Source: Tubiluchus corallicola (taxonomy: Eukaryota > Animalia > Priapulida). Taken from it: a stretch of 39,547 nt of DNA. The notes beneath the pieces were generated by a model. It did not search any database and was not told the origin of the DNA. It saw only the letters and a program-made list of their open reading frames with translations. The stretch is from the NCBI GenBank assembly GCA_030141605.1, contig JAQGDQ010000718.1:1-39547 (forward strand), written 5' to 3'. Below, piece after piece: positions 23,789 to 35,030 of the stretch (positions are counted from its first letter, which is position 1; each line of letters opens with the position of its first letter). A program made the translations under genes and the position numbers.

Positions 23789-23949
23789 TAGTGTCAAAAA
23801 TACATACACGACATATATACAATTTCAATTTTGAAATATAATGACACTATAATTATACGAACAAAACAATTACTAATAAACAAATATTGTTAAATCTTCC
23901 TGTTAGTTATAATAGTTATTTAATGAAAAGTTTAATGATTAGTATTTCA

Positions 23950-24313
23950 AATAAATTGTCATTCATTAGGCCTCATTTTCAATGATATGATCATTAGATA
24001 GTATATTATTCATCAATTGTCTTAAAAACGCTTTTTCAACATAATCAATAAGTGCCTTAATTACTTGTAAATCATTTCCCACCAAGAATAAAAATTTATC
24101 AGCATCTTTCAGCAAAATTCTGGTTTAATTACATTGATGTGATGATATATTTCTTCTCTAAGATCATTGTAATGTGGGCATTTTGTAACAAAGTGTAATT
24201 CGGGTTTGATTTCATTTCTTAAACAGTATGTGCATATACGATTCTCAGCCGGGATTTCTCTAGACTTAACGTACAGAGTATGAAAGCTCATTGTCAGTTT
24301 TGGTTATAATAAT

Positions 24314-24403
<90 letters not shown>

Positions 24404-24760
24404 CTTTATTTAAAGTCAGCTTTTGGGTGAACAATTAACATTAGCTCAAAGAGCTATTATCGCCGACTGTAAATAACAACCTACAACTACATAACAGAGA
24501 CTATTATTACCCCACTTTTACCCTAAATACCACGCGTAAGGCAGGGCAACAGCAGGTACCATTTTTAAAGTCTTTGATATAACCCGGCCGCTGGTTCGAA
24601 CTCACGACCTCCCAGACGGAAAGCAGACGCATTACCACTAGACTAACGTCTGGTTATTATAATGACCATAAAATAAATAATTTCCAGTTGATATTGTCTT
24701 TTGAATGTTGTTTCCATGATTTTGTCAGTTTTTATCTGTATTTTTTGATTTCTGTACAAT
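23950..24760 (-). mobile_element. LINE ORF2 C-terminal remnant with CCHC zinc knuckle (RTE-X-like), split by a SINE
   Basis: TFKRQYQLE..YL lies upstream of the SINE (about 24720-24665). SFHTL...IPAENRICTYC...ELHFVTKCPHYNDLR lies downstream (24291-24150). Confidence 0.7.
24305..24654 (-). mobile_element. tRNA-derived SINE copy 2, near full length with (TTA)n tail
   Basis: Reverse complement of the SINE at 4591 and 34492. The tail appears as (TAA)n at about 24305-24403. Similar flanks TGGTTATAATAAT (24301) and TGGTTATTATAAT (24651) may be a TSD. Confidence 0.9.
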
Positions 24761-24950
24761 GAAGGTGGGGGGGGGCAATAATTTTTCTGCCCCCTCCCGT
24801 ATGTGAGAGGTACGACAATGTGGGGTAATTGTGTAGCAGCTAATATTTGATATGTTTCGTAAATTAGTAAGAATAATAATCATCTTTATTAGAACACTGT
24901 AAGCATATTATAGCATATAGGTGTACTGTAATTTAAATATTTGTTTACAG

Positions 24951-24962
24951 ATGGCAGCACTT
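24951..24962 (+). other. candidate 12-nt microexon A (within a ~90-bp duplicated segment)
   Basis: TTGTTTACAG|ATGGCAGCACTT|GTAAGC. Frame-preserving and stop-free in phase 1. Confidence 0.3.
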
Positions 24963-25196
24963 GTAAGCTTTAATTTAAATCTCAAGTTTAAACTTACAGT
25001 TGCCGTCTTTGTAAGCATGCGTCGAATTAACGAAATAAAGAACGTTCGTAAATATTACAAAATAAAATAATTTCCTCATTTCTCTGCCATTTTTAAAAGC
25101 GCTATCAACTTCAGAAGGCAAATAAAAAGATCCATAATAAAAATATGGGTTTCTACATTAAATTTCGCGCACGAAATTCATTTGGCTTAAACGAAC

Positions 25197-25751
25197 ACAA
25201 TCTTAAACTGTAGGTCAGATCAATCTAATCTTTAAGATATTGAAAGGGTATGTACAATTTCTTCAAGAATGACTTACGTAAAAGAATTATTACCACACAA
25301 ACACAATTTCACATTCGCGCCACTAGTTCTTCGCTGTTAAATGCATTTCGCCATTCGCTAGTTAGACCGGCACCACTGCCTGCATTACGGAAATGAAACG
25401 CGCAAAAAACAGGTGCTGTACCGCTCAGTTCAGAGTGTATTAGTTTGTGACGAACTACATATGTTCGACAGCTCATGCGTGAGCACAGCGGTAAATTTGA
25501 AATTTGAATTTTTATCTTAAAACTTTCCTAGTTTTAATACAACACACTAAATATCTTACAGTAGCACTGTACTTCAATTTGCTGTTGAAAATTGTACTCA
25601 TTTGTGATGTCATCGCTAGATGGGCACCTCGGTCGTTAAATTTTAAAATTGCTATTTAATTATTAGACAGACTTTTGCATTATTAAAAGTGTTAAAATGT
25701 ACAAACATCAGAATGAGGTGTGATATGAAAAATCAACCTGTTTTCCTTTAA
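25197..25751 (+). mobile_element. dispersed repeat copy 3 (TTAA-AGG terminus, Kolobok-like)
   Basis: Shares AAAGAATTATTACCACACAAACACAATTTCAC and later blocks with copies 1 and 2. Ends ATATGAAAAATCAACCTGTTTTCCTTTAA. Confidence 0.7.
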
Positions 25752-25881
25752 TTGGTACGCGCGTTTAGATTCTGACAATGAGGTGACATCTGGTGTGACA
25801 AAACAAAATTAAATGATGTGTTTCATAACCTCAACGCATCATTTTTATTAGTGCAGTAGCATCAGCACGACTCTTAATACT

Positions 25882-26275
25882 AACACTGTCTGTAACACTG
25901 TCTGTAACACTGTCTGTAACACTGTCTGCACTGTCTGTAACACTGTCTGTAACACTGTCTGTAACACTGTCTGTAGCACTGTCTGTAACACTGTCTGTAA
26001 CACTGTCTGTAACACTGTCTGTAGCACTGTCTGTAACACTGTCTGTAACACTGTCTGTAGCACTGTCTGTAACACTGTCTGTAACGCTGTCTGTAACACT
26101 GTCTGTAACGCTGTCTGTAATGCTGTCTGTAACGCTGTCTGTAACGCTGTCTGTAGCACTGTCTGTAATGCTGTTTGTAACGCTGTCTGTAACGCTGTCT
26201 GTAACACTGTCTGTAGCACTGTCTGTAACACTGTCTGTAACACTGTCTGTAACACTGCCTGTAGCACTGTCTGTA
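25882..26275. repeat. 12-bp minisatellite (AACACTGTCTGT)n, ~33 copies
   Basis: Seen directly. Confidence 0.97.
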
Positions 26276-26439
26276 AAATTTAATTGCGTTTTGGTAAATT
26301 AAATGAATTAAATTATATGATTAGTGTTACTAGCAGCTGTTATATTTATTTCACTTCGGAAAGTGCTAAACGTTATCACAGCTTACGCGCTAATGTTGAA
26401 TGCATATATGTATACTGTAATTTAAATATTGGTTTACAG

Positions 26440-26451
26440 GTGGCAGCACTT
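26440..26451 (+). other. candidate 12-nt microexon B (second copy of the duplicated segment)
   Basis: TGGTTTACAG|GTGGCAGCACTT|GTAAGC. Confidence 0.3.
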
Positions 26452-27069
26452 GTAAGCTTTAATTAAAATCTCAAGTTTAAACTTACAGTTGCTGTCTTTG
26501 TCTCTTTCTAATCATGACGTCGTTTTGCCTTAAGTGTAAAAAATATTGGTTCAGTTTGTCTTTTAAACTGCATTTAGGGGAAAGTGGGGCAAAATAGTCC
26601 AGTGGGGTCAAAGGACTCACTCGACGTGTATCTAATCCTGTAAGTCTATTATCTGCCCCCGGTTAGCTGCATGTTGTTGTTGTTGTTTTTTTGTTGTTGC
26701 ATTCATGACTTGTTCAGTTGTTGCTTTAATTTTTAATTGCATTATTTGCTTGCTGTTTTTTTCCATTGGTATAATTATAATATAACTGCTTTGCATTTTG
26801 TTTACTTGCTACACTTAAGACCTAACCACGTACTTATTCACTTAACCATGTGGTCTGCCGTGCTTTATAATATTCCTAAGTTATATAGGGGTGGCTGACT
26901 CGATGACCTCCTGGTCTTTCGCCACCCCATCTCTACATACTTTACACAATTTGTTGTATTTGCGCTATAAATATTATATTAGAGATGAATAAAACCTTTG
27001 AATTGAATTGCAGTGTCATGTATTTTACCTTATACCAGTGCAGTAGTAATTTCAGATCTTGTTTTTTAG

Positions 27070-27199
27070 CTGTGGTAAGGAAGGCACCGCTATGGCCAAT
27101 ATTGCCAGTAGGTGTGGTTGTCTTAGCTGCTGCCGTAGGCTTGTTTGTTGCTTATAAGAAGGTCAAGGTCAAAGCAAGAACACGTCGACAATCGCGATG
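27070..27199 (+). CDS. LRR membrane protein, exon 3 (transmembrane helix and basic stop-transfer)
   Basis: Acceptor TTTTTTAG|CT is phase 1. LWPILPVGVVVLAAAVGLFVAY is followed by KKVKVKARTRR. Donor ATG|GTACGT is phase 2. Confidence 0.85.
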
Positions 27200-28266
27200 G
27201 TACGTATGGGTGTTAACGTGTCTCAATTTCCACGTTTATAAATTGCGCTCAACAGTTAAAGCACAAGAAAACCCTCCACTTACATAAAGCTTAAAAAATT
27301 CGTCTCGAAATTTATACCACTTGCATGCTGCCTTTTTGCATGCAGGGCTTGCATCGGCCGTAACGCTGCATAAAACGTGTAAATTTAAACTTCCGCGATG
27401 ACCGCTAGGCGCAGCCATCTTAATGGTAGGTCGTTTGAAACAAGTTTTGATAACATTGAGTAAAGTTTGAAAAAATAATCAGAGCGTTCGTAGCATACAT
27501 GTTGCTAATTAAGTAAAATTTTAAATTACTGTATCTTGTCAATAAGATTTAAAATACGTTTTTGGTTAGTGAGTGGCGCACCCTGGAGGGTGAGTCAGCG
27601 ACATTTTACCAATTGGCACGAACATTTTAAATTATTATTTCTAGTTACATAAGTCTTTCCAGCAGGTAAGCGAAATGCTAAGTAATACAGATTTGCACGG
27701 AAATGTCGAATTATTCGAATCTATAGTTTTAGGTTCGAATCGAATTCGAACTAAAAAACTTGTTTCGGTTCGAACGTTTGATGCTCACCTTCAGTTAATA
27801 CATGATAATTCTCGAACTGCATTTGCTCCATTTCATCTTTCATTCACTACTCCCCCCCCCCCCAGTTTTATGTATATATTATCATTATTTCAATTATTAA
27901 TCACTTCTTTAAGATTTCCACGTACAGTTTGGCCTGTCAAGCTATGCTTTTAGGCTCAAACTGTATGCATCAAAATTACTCTGTAATGTAATTTGCACCT
28001 GTATATGCTGCATAAGAATCTCTTTTGTAATTTCTGGATAATATTGCATTTATATTTTTATTTACTTCAGTGAAATTATCTGTATTTTTGTTATAACTGT
28101 TAGATGCAGAGTGGAAATAAATAAACTTATAATTTATACTCAACAACTACGTCACTACACACGTCACAAGTCAACGAGTTTGAAGCTCCGAGTTTGCAAC
28201 ACTGCAGTTCGCGACTGTGCGCATTGTGTAACGTGAGAAAAACGAATGAAAAAGAATACAGAAATA

Positions 28267-28380
28267 CAGTCATACCTCCATTTTCAAACGTCTCCTTACT
28301 CGTACAAATCGGTTTTCCACCGAAAATTCGAGTCGAAATTGTCTCCGTTCTCGACCAGAATTTCGGTACTCTGGAAATAA
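28267..28380 (+). mobile_element. possible pogo/Tigger-like transposon terminus
   Basis: TA|CAGTCATACCTC start followed by TCG/CGA-rich subterminal motifs. I did not find the partner TIR. Confidence 0.35.
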
Positions 28381-28507
28381 ATAAACCGATAACTTAGGGA
28401 ACCCTGAATGAGCCGAGTTTTGCAAAAAATGCAATTTAAAGAAATTAGGTGACCTGCTAGTAATTCTTTCTGTGTTTAGTTAATACATGATTATGCGTTT
28501 GTTTTAG

Positions 28508-28625
28508 GGAACCGGTTCCTCCAGCAATCCCACCAGAGTTTGCTCGCAGCATCAGCCAGGAAAAGCGAGCCCGCCATGACAGTGAACGACTGGAACATGA
28601 CCGTGCTGACCAGGATGAAGTATAA
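28508..28625 (+). CDS. LRR membrane protein, exon 4 (cytoplasmic tail EPVPPAIPPEFARSISQEKRARHDSERLEHDRADQDEV*)
   Basis: Acceptor GTTTTAG|G completes TGG in phase 2. Stop TAA at 28623-28625. The four exons total 828 nt, giving 275 aa plus stop. Confidence 0.75.
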
Positions 28626-28842
28626 ACGTTCATCGATGAACATGAACTCATGAACCTTTGCGTCGTGAAAGGATGTGTGTTTCTGCTGTTCACGAACGTG
28701 GCTAGGATGAACGTGAACTGAGACGCGAGTGATAAATACAGGGTGACCCATAAGTCACTGTACATTTTACATTTTCTACTTGTGAAAGTTGGTACAGATG
28801 AACTAAGACCTTAGATATTTCTTTTGTCAAGTTATATGAAAA

Positions 28843-30068
28843 TCTGAAAGGAACTACTACACTAACAGGCTTTGCTGTTTTTGGTACTTTCTTTGCGGAC
28901 ATCAAGAGACTCAGAGACCAGTTGAATGTCAAGTCAGGTATCTTGCATTAGTCTGAAAGGAACTACTACACTAACAGGCTTTGCTGTTTTTTGTACTTTC
29001 TTTGCGGACATCAAGAGACTAAGAGACCAGTTGAATGTCAAGTCAGGTATCTTGCATTAGTCTGAAAGGAACTACTACACTAACAGGCTTTGCTGTTTTT
29101 GGTACTTTCTTTGCGGACATCAAGAGACTCAGAGACCAGTTGAATGTCAAGTCAGGTATCTTGCATTAGTCTGAAAGGAACTACTACACTAACAGGCTTT
29201 GCTGTTTTCTCTACTTTCCTTAGGGACATCAAGAGTCTCAGAGGCTAGTTGAACGTCAAGTCAGGTATCTTGCATTGTTGGGTTGGTTTGTGTTTTTGTT
29301 TTGGTGGGGTTGTGTGTGGTTTTTGTTGGGTTTGGTTTGTGTTTTTTTTGTGGTGGGTGTTGTGTGTGGTTTGTTTGTTTGGTTTGTGTTTTTGGTTTTT
29401 TGTGGGGGTTGGTGTGGTTTGTTGTTGGGTTTGGTTTGTGTTTTTGGTTTTTTTGGTGGTGGGTTGTGTGTGGTTTTGTTGTTGGGTGGTTTGTGTTTTT
29501 TTTTTTGGTGGTGGGTTGGTGTGGTTTTTGTTGGGTTTGGTTTGTGTTTTGGTTTTGGTGGTGGGTTGTGTGTGGTTTTGTTGTTGGGTTTGGTTTGTGT
29601 TTTTTTTTTTGGGTGGTTGGGTGTTGTGTGTGGTTTTGTTGTCTGAAAGGAACTACACTAACAGGCTTTGCTGTTTTTTACTTTCTTGGGACATCAAGAG
29701 TCTCAGAGGCTAGTTGAACGTCAAGTCAGGTATCTTGCATTAGTCTGAAAGGAACTACTACACTAACAGGCTTTGCTGTTTTTGGTACTTTCTTTGCGGA
29801 CATCAAGAGACTCAGAGACCAGTTGAATGTCAAGTCAGGTATCTTGCATTAGTCTGAAAGGAACTACTACACTAACAGGCTTTGCTGTTTTTGGTACTTT
29901 CTTTGCGGACATCAAGAGACTCAGAGACCAGTTGAATGTCAAGTCAGGTATCTTGCATTAGTCTGAAAGGAACTACTACACTAACAGGCTTTGCTGTTTT
30001 CTCTACTTTCCTTAGGGACATCAAGAGTCTCAGAGGCTAGTTGAACGTCAAGTCAGGTATCATGCATT
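28843..30068. repeat. 109-bp tandem repeat, ~8 copies of two subtypes, interrupted by a G/T-only tract
   Basis: TCTGAAAGGAACTAC starts at 28843, 28952, 29061 and 29170, then resumes from 29642. Confidence 0.95.
29275..29642. repeat. G/T-only low-complexity tract (~368 nt), possible sequencing or assembly artefact
   Basis: I see no A or C in the tract, and both boundaries are abrupt. Confidence 0.9.
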
Positions 30069-30361
30069 GAGAAAGTCTCTCACAGCCCTTTAACAATAAG
30101 GAAGGGAGCACCTTGTGGAAAACTACATTATAAATAGAGAAAGAATCGTGTGGTTCATATGATGTTCTGAATTTCTGAGAAACTTCGATTGACACTTGAT
30201 GAACCTCTTTCTAGACTGATATGGAACCTTATTTCTAAAGTTACTGTCGTCACTATAGCAACCGAGTTTCAGTCAAAAGATAAGTGAAAGGAATTGCCAA
30301 ATGTCCGGTTTGAATCGTGTAAGAGATTGCTGAGTTTGGAGAAAAATTTGCAAAGAAAGTT

Positions 30362-31465
30362 GGAAATCAAAGTGTATAGTAACTTATGAGTCACCCGGTA
30401 CTTTGATCATGTTTACATGTATATGAACATTTTTTGCGAACACTGAGTCACGATGTTCTTTTCTTCAAAGTCTCATCCCGTCTATTCCAGGAATCAAAGT
30501 GTATGGAGGAGGACTCGAAAGCTCAATGCTCCTTCCTCCTCCTCACAGTAACTCGTTTAGTTTATAATTTTTTTTCAATGCAATAACAATTTGTTGTGTT
30601 TGTGTTGCTGTGAATAAATTCATAATTCAGTAACTTATGAGTCACCCGGTACTTTGTTAATGTTTGCAATTGTTTGTGAAGATTTTTTTGCGAACACTGA
30701 GCCACGATGTTCCTTTAATTTAAAGTCTCATTCCAGGAATCAAAGTGTATAGTAACTTATGAGTCACCCTGTACTTTGTTAATGTTTGCAATTGTTTGTG
30801 AAGATTTTTTTGCGAACACTGAGCCACGATGTTCCTTTAATTTAAAGTCTCATTCCAGGAATCAAAGTGTATAGTAACTTATGAGTCACCCGGTACTTTG
30901 ATCATGTTTACATGTATATGAACATTTTTTGCGAACACTAAGCCACGATGTTCTTTTCTTCAAAGTCTCACCCCGTCTATTCCAGGAATCAAAGTGTATG
31001 GAGGAGGACTCGAAAGCTCAATGCTCCTTCCTCCTCCTCACAGTAACTCGTTTAGTTTATAATTTTTTTTCAATGCAATAACAATTTGTATGAATGTTTG
31101 TATTGCTGTGGAATAAATTCATAATTCAGTAACTTATGAGTCACCCTGTACTTTGTTAATGTTTGCATTTGTTTGTGAAGATTTTTTTGCGAACACTGAG
31201 CCACGATGTTCCTTTAATTTAAAGTCTCATTCCAGGAATCAAAGTGTATAGTAACTTATGAGTCACCCTGTACTTTGTTAATGTTTGCAATTGTTTGTGA
31301 AGATTTTTTTGCGAACACTGAGCCACGATGTTCCTTTAATTTAAAGTCTCATTCCAGGAATCAAAGTGTATAGTAACTTATGAGTCACCCGGTACTTTGT
31401 TAATGATTGCACTTGTTTATGAACATTTCTGCGAACACTGAGCCACGATGTTCTTTTTTCAAAGT
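30362..31465. repeat. ~122-bp repeat arranged in a ~495-bp higher-order unit
   Basis: GGAATCAAAGTGTAT at 30490, 30736, 30858, 30985, 31235 and 31357. TGAGTCA occurs 8 times. Confidence 0.9.
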
Positions 31466-31489
31466 TTCGTTCCTTCTATTGTAGACATT

Positions 31490-31725
31490 GAAGCGTTTGC
31501 GGTTTATTAGAACGTTCCACCCACTTCTGTCTGCAGCTAACAGCAAAAGTTCTTCTACTCCTAAAGATAGATTTGGTTGAAGCTGTTGAACATCTTTATT
31601 TATCTTAGTTATCCAAGTTGTTTTAGGTTTGCTAGGTGGTTTTTTGCAAGGTTTTAAATTGAAGAATAATAAAAATTGTTGTATTTTGTTTCTCTCAGAC
31701 GGCTCGTAGAGAAAACCAGAAAACA
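31490..31725 (-). mobile_element. RTE-type LINE ORF2 3' remnant
   Basis: KKPPSKPKTTWITKINKDVQQL...LAADRSGWNVLI matches KRxxGRPxxTWxxxIxxD...AxDRxxW. Confidence 0.65.
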
Positions 31726-32077
31726 CGTCGTCAAATTAAACTAGTTTATTATACGAGAATTCTACAACACAAAAGTATGAAGGAACGCGAAATGATTACA
31801 GTAAATGTGATAATCTGGAAACGTGAAAGCTTATCTGAGAATTTGAGAATACGAGGATACAAGAGAATAAACTTCAGCGGCCAGCTCCGCCTTATATATC
31901 AGTGCCAGGGAATAATCCTAGAAATAGAAAGTTCTAGAAACTTCTCCAAGGTAAGAAGATTGTTCTACTATACTATAGAACATTCTACAATATTCTATTT
32001 AATTCTAGTGGATCTCCACAACAATAATACATGGACAATGTTTTCTTTCACTAGTAATTTTCATTAGGATTATGACA
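31726..32077 (-). mobile_element. probable solo LTR (~352 bp)
   Basis: The minus strand begins TGTCATAA, has TATATAA (about 31898-31892) and then AATAAA (about 31750-31745), and ends TTTGACGACG (CA apparently mutated). No clear TSD. Confidence 0.5.
31926..31945. promoter_or_regulatory. perfect four-pentamer heat-shock element
   Basis: aGAAa gTTCt aGAAa cTTCt matches nGAAn nTTCn nGAAn nTTCn. It lies ~30-50 bp upstream of the minus-strand TATA box. Confidence 0.6.
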
Positions 32078-32202
32078 GCATTGTCTAATTTGTCTTTATG
32101 ACCACTGAACACAGAATGTAGTCGAGTAACCAATTTTTAAATTTGCTAGCATGAACGCTCTCAGTATGCAGATTAATCAAATGCCATAGTGTATGTTCGT
32201 TG

Positions 32203-32294
32203 TATGTATGTATGTATGTATGTATGTATGTATGTATGTATGTATGTATGTATGTATGTATGTATGTATGTATGTATGTATGTATGTATGTATG

Positions 32295-32323
<29 letters not shown>
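32203..32323. repeat. (TATG)n microsatellite, ~30 copies
   Basis: Seen directly. Confidence 0.98.
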
Positions 32324-32325
<2 letters not shown>

Positions 32326-32499
32326 CATTTCTCTTTGTTATCTGCAGCATCACCGTTAATTTTTAATATACTAATCTATTTATAAGAAAAGGCAGGAGAC
32401 TAGATGATCCTATGGTCCTTCCCTGCCCTGCTCCATGATTATAATTACTTAATATTTAAAAAACTTTTAATGTTAAACTAATTGGAGAAAATAAATGTT

Positions 32500-32706
32500 C
32501 TATGTCTATGTCTGTGTCTATGTCCATGTCTATGTTTTGTTAGCAGATGGTGTTAACATACAAACCGAAAATTCTAGTCAGAATTCTGATGGATTGTTTT
32601 CTGTATTGAGGTCTATGTGTATGTCAATGTCTATGTCTATATCCATGTCTATGTCTATGTCTATGTCTATATCCATGTCTATGTCTATGTCTATGTCTAT
32701 GTCTAT
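32500..32706. repeat. (TATGTC)n hexamer repeats in two blocks
   Basis: Blocks at about 32500-32535 and 32612-32706. Confidence 0.85.
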
Positions 32707-32787
32707 GCTATTCACGTTATTTAATCGAGGTGTTTAATTTATGAATAAGCGTTGTTTGTATTCTTATAAAAATTCTCCGCGCGAGCG

Positions 32788-32946
32788 TTAAACAGCGTCT
32801 GGAGCCCCCAGAGGGCCACGTTAAGAAAAATTATTATACCGTGGCACCGAATTCTTGGTCGTATATCGTGCGTACGGATTAATAATTCTTGGCCACGATT
32901 TAATAATAATCAACGTGGCCCTTTGTGGATTCCATACGCTGCTTAA
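32788..32946. mobile_element. palindromic MITE bounded by TTAA
   Basis: TTAAACAGCGTCTGGAGCCCCCAGAGGGCCACGTT matches the reverse complement of the right end, TTAAGCAGCGTATGGAATCCACAAAGGGCCACGTT. Confidence 0.7.
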
Positions 32947-33134
32947 TGTTTCCCAAGGACTGTATTAATAACATACGAATTCAATAAATACTTCTGTTTA
33001 TTGTCTGCAAGTGTCTTCTTTATGCACATTAGTCCACTAGACAGACTGAAAAATAAGCGTTTCTGTTCATAAGTACTGTGAATATTGAATTTTTGAACAT
33101 CGAAATAGCTTGTTGTAACGATGTGTGCTCAGCA

Positions 33135-33185
33135 ACTAAAGTTAAGCAACACTAATTTTGGTTGTTAAATGGATGACTGACAGCA
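33135..33185 (+). pseudogene. possible degenerate 5S rRNA-derived fragment (5S pseudogene or SINE head)
   Basis: AAGTTAAGCAAC...GGTT...TGGATG..TGAC.GC follows the spacing of the 5S internal control region, but is highly diverged. Confidence 0.3.
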
Positions 33186-34275
33186 GAAATTTCAATGTTA
33201 TACAAGCAGCTTAAGTTCCCGTTCATCAGATCAGTGAACTGAAGACCACATTTTACAACGGAAAGATCCTGATACTTTCGAGATACTGAAATAGGTAAGT
33301 GTTAAAAAATATCACTAAGGTATATATAAGAAATTAAATTAACTTAAATCATTTAGTAATGTCATTTTTTCTGCAATGTAACTTCGTAATGACGACTTCA
33401 TATTCATAATTGTTGCAGCAATGAAGATTTTTTTTAAATCTTAAACTTTTATTTCAAAGTTTCTTCAGTGAAAAACGGTGGTTAAAATGATATAAAGTAA
33501 AATATATAGTGTTTTAAGAAAATTAGTAAAACACACTACTATATATACAGCACGTACAATTACCCCCCCCCCCCAGACATTTCATTTACAGTTGCATTAA
33601 AATAAATTATACAGTTGTATACAGTAATATACAATCATATACAGTAATTTAAAAGGAATGTTACAAAAACTATTATATATATAATAATTTTGCACTGTCT
33701 CATGATATAAGAGTATATATACAACACGGTCAATTATAATTATATCCTTAATACATGTACCACAAACTTGCTTATAAAACATTTTAGCAAGTATTTATAA
33801 TAATGAAGTATAGAGGTAGTTAAACTGTTATCCCTGGAATATGTCTTAAACGAAATGGAAATAAATATTCAGGTACTTAACCTGTTATCCCTGGAATATG
33901 TCTTAAACGAAATGGAAATAAGTATTGAGGTAGTTAGTGTTATCCTTGAACTAGATTCTAAACAAAATTATTATATTATATATCAACAAAAAGTGTTCTG
34001 AAGTTTCAACCTGTAGATTACAATTATTACATATGGACGACAAACATAAGTTGGTTTGTGAGGTGAAACACAAGCATTCAAAGATGGTTATGTGTATACA
34101 GTAGCACTTCAATGACAATCAAATGCGAATATTTGCAGTATAGTTCGGTCTGTTAAAGCCAAATTTTGATCAAATAAGGACTGACTGGTTACAGCTGTCA
34201 CACTTTCGGGAATGTTTCTTTAGGTCATTTCAACAGCGTTTTGAACTTTTTTAAAATAAAATTTTGCATTTTGGC

Positions 34276-34484
34276 TCGCTGTCCCGGGACACTGAAAGGT
34301 AAAGAAATGATGCTGTATTTTCCAGGCTTATAACTCTAAAGCGTTCATAGATAGACACTTGGGTGCTATTATGGACGAATAGGAACTTATATGTGGGCTT
34401 TCATTTGGCAGCATGATTAGTGACCTTGCAACACACGAAGTGGCAGGACCATTCTCTTGACCTTTTAGTGTCCGGGGACAGAGG
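34276..34484. mobile_element. MITE with ~30-bp TIRs
   Basis: CTGTCCCGGGACACTGAAAGGTAAAGAAATG matches the reverse complement of the right end, CTGTCCCCGGACACTAAAAGGTCAAGAGAATG. Confidence 0.65.
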
Positions 34485-34491
34485 GACAAAA

Positions 34492-34941
<450 letters not shown>

Positions 34942-35030
34942 AATGCAAAATTGTATAAAAATGTCCAAACTGCTGTTAAAATGGTTTGAAGAAACAATCC
35001 GTAAAAATTTGGCAGTTGTATCGAGTCAAT

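Noticed and set aside
25848-26302. (LQTV)n ORF
   Set aside because: Translation of a 12-bp minisatellite.
27700-27790. TTCGAA-rich cluster as a regulatory array
   Set aside because: More likely a decayed MITE subterminal region. No partner end was found, so it is not called as a feature.
29249-29717. Hydrophobic membrane-protein-like ORFs
   Set aside because: G/T-only sequence cannot contain stop codons, so all three frames are open.
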